Assembly: GCF_009914755.1 (NCBI RefSeq) | Contig: NC_060926.1 | Strand: one strand, 5' to 3' | Length of the DNA: 64,000 bases | DNA from: the human T2T-CHM13v2.0 reference genome, Homo sapiens | In this document: in pieces, positions 59,053-64,000 of the stretch | How the letters are laid out: every line of letters begins with the position of its first letter | How positions within the stretch are numbered: the first letter of the stretch is position 1 | Program-made: the position numbers and the translations under genes | The notes under the pieces: model-generated | The model's input: only the letters and a program-made list of their open reading frames with translations | Databases searched by the model: none | Told to the model about the DNA's origin: nothing

Positions 59053-60087
59053 CTGGATCCCACAAAGCTGTCTTTAAATGCATCTCTAAAAAGAGGCTAG
59101 AAAGAAAAGTCTTTCACAGTTCAGAGGCCATTGTATCTTACTGTTTCCCCATAACTTGGGCCTTTGTGATCCAACAGAACTTTTAGGTCAATGCTTGCAG
59201 TCAAGAGGAAGGTGAGTACCACCTCCTCACTGAGGATACCTTTTTACAATTGGAGGGGTGGCTTCAATAGGCATCCAGTCTGGTACCCATTGTCACTAAG
59301 GATGCCTCAATCTTAATTGCATAAAAAAGAAAACAGCTGTGTTTGCAGTCATCTCCCAAAATGCAAATGCTCAATTCTAAATAAATGCTTTCACAGGTTA
59401 AGTTGTGCAGTCTTGGGGCTACATCTCACAACTAACCCCTCCCAGCAGATCCTGAGGGACCTTGGGGGTCAGGAACAGATAGGCATCCGTCTCTTTCTCT
59501 GGGGTTCCTCCAGAGCTGAGGCTGGTCACATGTGGTACCTGCTCCCCATTTTTTTAGGATAAAATGCTCTGTCTGAGACTGTTAAAAAAACAGTTAACAA
59601 ACTGTTAAAAAAAACAAAAAACAAAAAACTAGACAGCAGATGATGATTGACCATCCTTCAAATTCCCATCAACATTTGCTATCACAGGACATCAGGAATA
59701 TTGGTTAATGGTTGGTCAGGCCCCTAGAGAGATGGCCACCAATTAAAGCAAAAGCAGTGACATAAAGAAATTCAACTCATATTATGACCTGTAAGTAGGG
59801 TGAATTATTACTAACCTACCCTTCAAGTCACCATTCACTGGTTTTGGGGAAAAATAATTCAATGTTCATTCTATTTTAATAATCAATTCCATCTGATAAT
59901 TTCAAAAAAATGTTTTGCCTCTTTACTGGAGAAAATCAAAACACTATTTCTGAGATGCACGCCCTCTCTGCCTGGAGTTTGTTCCAAGATGCTCCTCCCA
60001 CGTGTAAGAGGAGTGATGTTGCTTGTGTGGACCTGTGCTTGAAGGGGTGGGGCTGATGGTCCCTGAGCTTGGAATTTTTGGTGGCTG

Positions 60088-60639
60088 TGTTGCAGGAAAG
60101 GCGGTCTCGATCCAGACCCCAAGAGAGGGTTCTTGGATCTCCAGCAAGAAAGAATTCAGGGCAAGTCCATACAGTAAAGTGAAAGCAAGTTTATTAAGAA
60201 AGTTAAGGAATAAAAGAATGGCTACTTCATAGACAGAGCAGCCCCGAAGGCTGCTGGTTGCCCATTTTTATGGTTATTTCTTGATGATATGCCAAACAAG
60301 GGGTGGATTATTCATGCCTCCCCTTTTTAGACCATATAGGGTAACTTCCTGTCATTGCCACGACATTTGTAAACTGTCATGTGCTGCTGAGAGTGTAGCA
60401 GTGAGCCAACCAGAGGTCACTCTTATCACTATCTTAGTTTTGATGGGTTTGGGCCAGCTTCTTTACTGCAACCTGTTTTATCATCAAGGTCTTTATGACC
60501 TGTATTTTGTGCTGACCTCCTGTCTCATCCTGTGACTTAGAATGCCGTAACCATCTGGGAATGCAGCCCAGTAGGTTTCAGCCTCATTGTACCAGCTCCT
60601 ATTCAAGATGGAGTTCCTCTGGTTCACACACTTCTGACG
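60088..60639 (-). mobile_element. ERV1 solo LTR, MER41A
   Basis: GATCCAGACCCCAAGAGAGGGTTCTTGGATCTC...TTCAAGATGGAGTT; about 550 bp; perfect 4-bp TSD GCTG. Confidence 0.9.
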
Positions 60640-60977
60640 GCTGGACGATGGCCTCTCTCCTCCTGGCTGATGCTCATCTCAATGGCATTTCCAACTGGCA
60701 TAGGAGGTGTGAATGGCACAGCCTGGTTGACCAGTGTTGGACAGTGCTCTCATGAGGCATCTTGGAGCATTTGGACAGAGCTGGAGCCTGTCTGAGATGC
60801 CGATTCCCATTTTAGGATGTGGGCTCAGGAATGACACTGGCCTGCAGAACCAGCCCCAGCCTCCCAGTCTGCCTGCGCTGCATAAGAGAAAGGTTGTCTT
60901 GGGAAAGAGTGATGTAAACATGATCCAGTAAGAAAATGGCAGCATGGGGCACGGAGTGCTGGAGCGCTGGCTGTAGA

Positions 60978-61158
60978 GTTGTGGTTCTCACTGTGGTCGC
61001 TGGAGCATCACTCCACCTCATCTGGGAATTTGTTAGCAATGCAGATTCTCAGGCCCACCCCAGACCCTCTGAATCAGAAACTCTAAGGCGGCGGGGGGGG
61101 CCTTGAGTTAACAAGTCCCACAGACGATTCTAACGCAGGCTAAAGTGTGGGAACCACA
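60978..61158 (+). mobile_element. MER5A
   Basis: GTGGTTCTCA...AATGCAGATTCTCAGGCCCACCCCAGACC...GAATCAGAAACTCT...GGGAACCAC. Confidence 0.85.
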
Positions 61159-63634
61159 AAGGCAATCAGCCTTCTTCAGCAGTAACGACCTGGGAACATA
61201 GGAACTTGTGGTGAGGGACTTTGCCTCTGATTTTTTTTTTTTTTTTTAGGTTCAGAACCTGTGTTCCATCAGTTTCAGTAACAATGCAGCAATAGGACAA
61301 GTTTTGATCAAACACTTTTCTGCTCCCTGTGCTCTGCTGAACGTCACCAAGGTCAGGAAGTGCGTTGTTAAATGCTCACCCTGTGTCTGTTAAAATGTAA
61401 CCCCCAGGGCCTCAGGCCCCTCCCAGGAAGGAAGATGGGTGACCCCACTGGAGCCTGGCTTTCAGAGAGGTGGGGCCAAACGGAAACCTATAAATCCATT
61501 TCCAGAAAGTCCAAAGTCCCCATCTGTTTTAAATGAACATACGTTTTTAGTGACAGAAGACCTCTCCTTGAGCCCAGGGTTGAGAGGGTCAGAAGGAGGA
61601 AGGTTTGCTCTGGAAATCTGTGTCCTTCCAAAGCCTGGCTGTCAGCATTTGGGCAGCTCCTGAAGGGCATCTGTCCACCCGAAGCAAGGCTGGCCTGGGG
61701 GTCAGGGATCCAGACCTGGTTCCGGAGGGCTCCAGTGCCTTCATTCCTGGGCTGGGCACCCTTCCTGGAACTGGGACCCCTCCGGGTGAGTCAGCCTCAC
61801 CCATGTCAACTGCATGTCCTGAACCACCTCCCCACTCCTATGGGCCTTCCCATCCCACGGTGCCCATTTGTCCTGGTAAAGACAGACTAGGGCTGCCACT
61901 GTGTCTGACTCTGCGTGGTGGAAGGGGCCCACTGCCCTGCAGCATCAGAAAGTTCCTCTTATCTCTCCCAGGTATTGGTGCTTACCTACAATTCTGCTTG
62001 CAAAGAAGAACGTTTTGAAAATCAGTTTCTATGCCCCACCTTTTAGACATTTATGGGGCTTTAGAAATAAGGTGCATCTGGCGCTGCAGTGTTACTGCAG
62101 AAACTGATTGGGGGAAGGGTTTAGGAAGGAGGAGATGCTGACACCAGAGTACAAACACGAGGTGGCTCTGCCAGTGGAAACCCCTGGATGAATGCCGTTT
62201 TCTTACAGATTGTGCCTGATCCTTCTGACCAAATGTGCACATTTGCAAAATACTGGGCTTGAGTCCAATGTGTCTTCTGGGGCCTTCTAATGAGTTAACC
62301 TAGTACGTTCCCCAAGAGCCCACCCTCCCCGATTTGGCTCCAGGCTCGGGCAGAGGAGACATGCCCTGAGGACTGAATTCAAAGAGTTCATCTTACTGCT
62401 CAATTCTCAAGTAACAGAGCCCCCTTCCAGCACCGCAGCCCCTCCAGAGGCCCTGAGCATGCTCTTAGGCTAGCGTGGGTTTGAGTGTGTGTCTGAGCAC
62501 CAGCTGTGGCTCCCGTAGCTGTGCCTGCCTTACCTGCTTTCCACCTGCCTTGGGCCTCCCGCCCACCCTTCCTGGGTGGGACTATGAGTTGGGACTTGTT
62601 GGGACACTAACTAAAAAGAGCTGCTTGCCACAGCCTCATGTCAAAGGACACCCCAAGCACCCTCCCTTCACCCCAACCCCTGTGTGCTCACCACACAGAT
62701 GGTTGATTTATTAATAGTTCTTCCTCTAAAATGTCCCCTCCATGGAAATTCCACCTCCCTAGAAGACAATGCCTTTCTAAAGCCTGCCCCTCTGCTTTTC
62801 AGAGGACGAGATGCACACTGCCTGGGATGAAACCCTAGGATCACAGAATTATTTATTTCACTAAGCATTGAGCCATTGATTATATTAAAACAAAAATACA
62901 GACACACACATTTTTAAAGACAAAATTGAGACAACTTCAGCTTCTCGCTGGCTGCCCCCCAGCCACTCCTCCAGCTCCTGGGATCACACACACACATGCA
63001 CCACCGTTGGGGATAATTTGGTGAAAAATGTCTAAAAGATTCAGGCCGACAGAAACCACAAATGTCAACAGGAACCATCCTCCGTTCTTTACAACTACAC
63101 TTAGAATGCTAACCACAGACGAGGTCCTCAGGCGCTCTCCCCCCGACCCCTCACCTTTCTCCCCGTCACTCTCTCCAATTTAGTTCTTTCCTGCCTTGGC
63201 TCCTATAGGAACCAATAATTACTAGGTCTCCACAGCCTTGACTCTCCTGGAGTGAAAAGTGAGTTCTGGGCGCCATCTCGATTTTATCAGACTGGAAATC
63301 GTTTTCAGTATCAGCAGCCTTTCTCTTCAGGAAGGTGAACCAGCTTAACCACAGCTGAGCGTGGGGAGGTGGGAGGCAGACTCCCTGCGAGGCTCAACCT
63401 CGAAGGGCCAATGGCTGAGCAAAGCTCTGCGTCTGCAAACAGTGGCCTTCAAGGGTTTTCTGGGTGATTCTCAGCCTCTTTCCTGGGCTGTCTCTCTCCA
63501 GACACCTCCAACTTCCTCTCCGGGCCTTTGCACAGCCTTCTCTGTCTGCCTGGTTTCTCCTATGTGTCCTTAAGAGCCAGCTCTGATACTAGTTCAGGCC
63601 ACCTCCCTTTTTAGTCCAGCTAAGCTAATCACTA

Positions 63635-63986
63635 CTGTAACCAGGTGGTGAGCTGGCACATCTGAATCACCAAAGGGCTGATTAAAGCACAGATTGGTGG
63701 GCCACACTCCCAGAGATTCTGATTTTGTAGGTCTTGGGAGATACCTGAGAATTCGTATTTCTAATATGGAGCTCTTGGCTGCAGCTGCTTCTTGGGGACC
63801 ACCCTTCAGAACCATTGCTCTAACCTTGGCTACTCAAATCGTGGTCCACGGACCAGCATCATCAGCATCACCTGGGAGCTTGTTCACAATTCACAATCTC
63901 AGACCTAATAGGCCTAATGAATCAGATTCTGCATTTGAACAAGATCCCCAGGGGATTCCAGTGCACATAAAAGATTGCAAAACACT
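63635..63986. mobile_element. Two adjacent MER5-family elements in opposite orientation
   Basis: Antisense MER5A ending GGGGACCACCCTTCAGAACCATTG, then MER5A1-like GCTACTCAAATCGTGGTCCACGGACCAGC. Confidence 0.8.
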
Positions 63987-64000
63987 CCTCCAAACTGAGC

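Noticed and set aside
59178-59211. Possible small exon CAG|...AAG|GTGAGT, and isolated splice-like sites near 37446, 51325 and 61249
   Set aside because: Weak or unpaired sites that cannot be assembled into a gene model from sequence alone
63635-63986. Inverted MER5 pair as a novel composite element
   Set aside because: Adjacent MER5 insertions are common and the arms are highly diverged

Overview
Primate (most likely human) non-coding genomic DNA. I can support no protein-coding gene, RNA gene or CRISPR array. The ORF track is explained by Alu, L1 and microsatellite translations and by chance ORFs. Much of the window is interspersed repeats: about 13 AluS/J copies or fragments, a 5'-truncated L1PA with TSDs, old L1M/L2/MIR fragments, ERV1 solo LTRs (LTR8-, LTR1-, MER50-, MER41A-type and one MER41/MER66-like), MaLR LTRs (THE1, MLT1) and hAT elements (MER1A, MER5, MER33, MER53). 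Family names are from my recall of consensus sequences and need RepeatMasker/Dfam confirmation; boundaries of old elements are approximate. The most unusual signals are several short locally templated duplications or inversions. The best is a complex scar at 45018-45364 that replaces the left end of a MER1A. Also notable are a dense immune-type motif cluster at about 9.0-10.0 kb, a G-rich VNTR, and a duplicated 35-mer with p53-site architecture. I found no evidence for a genuinely new biological system.
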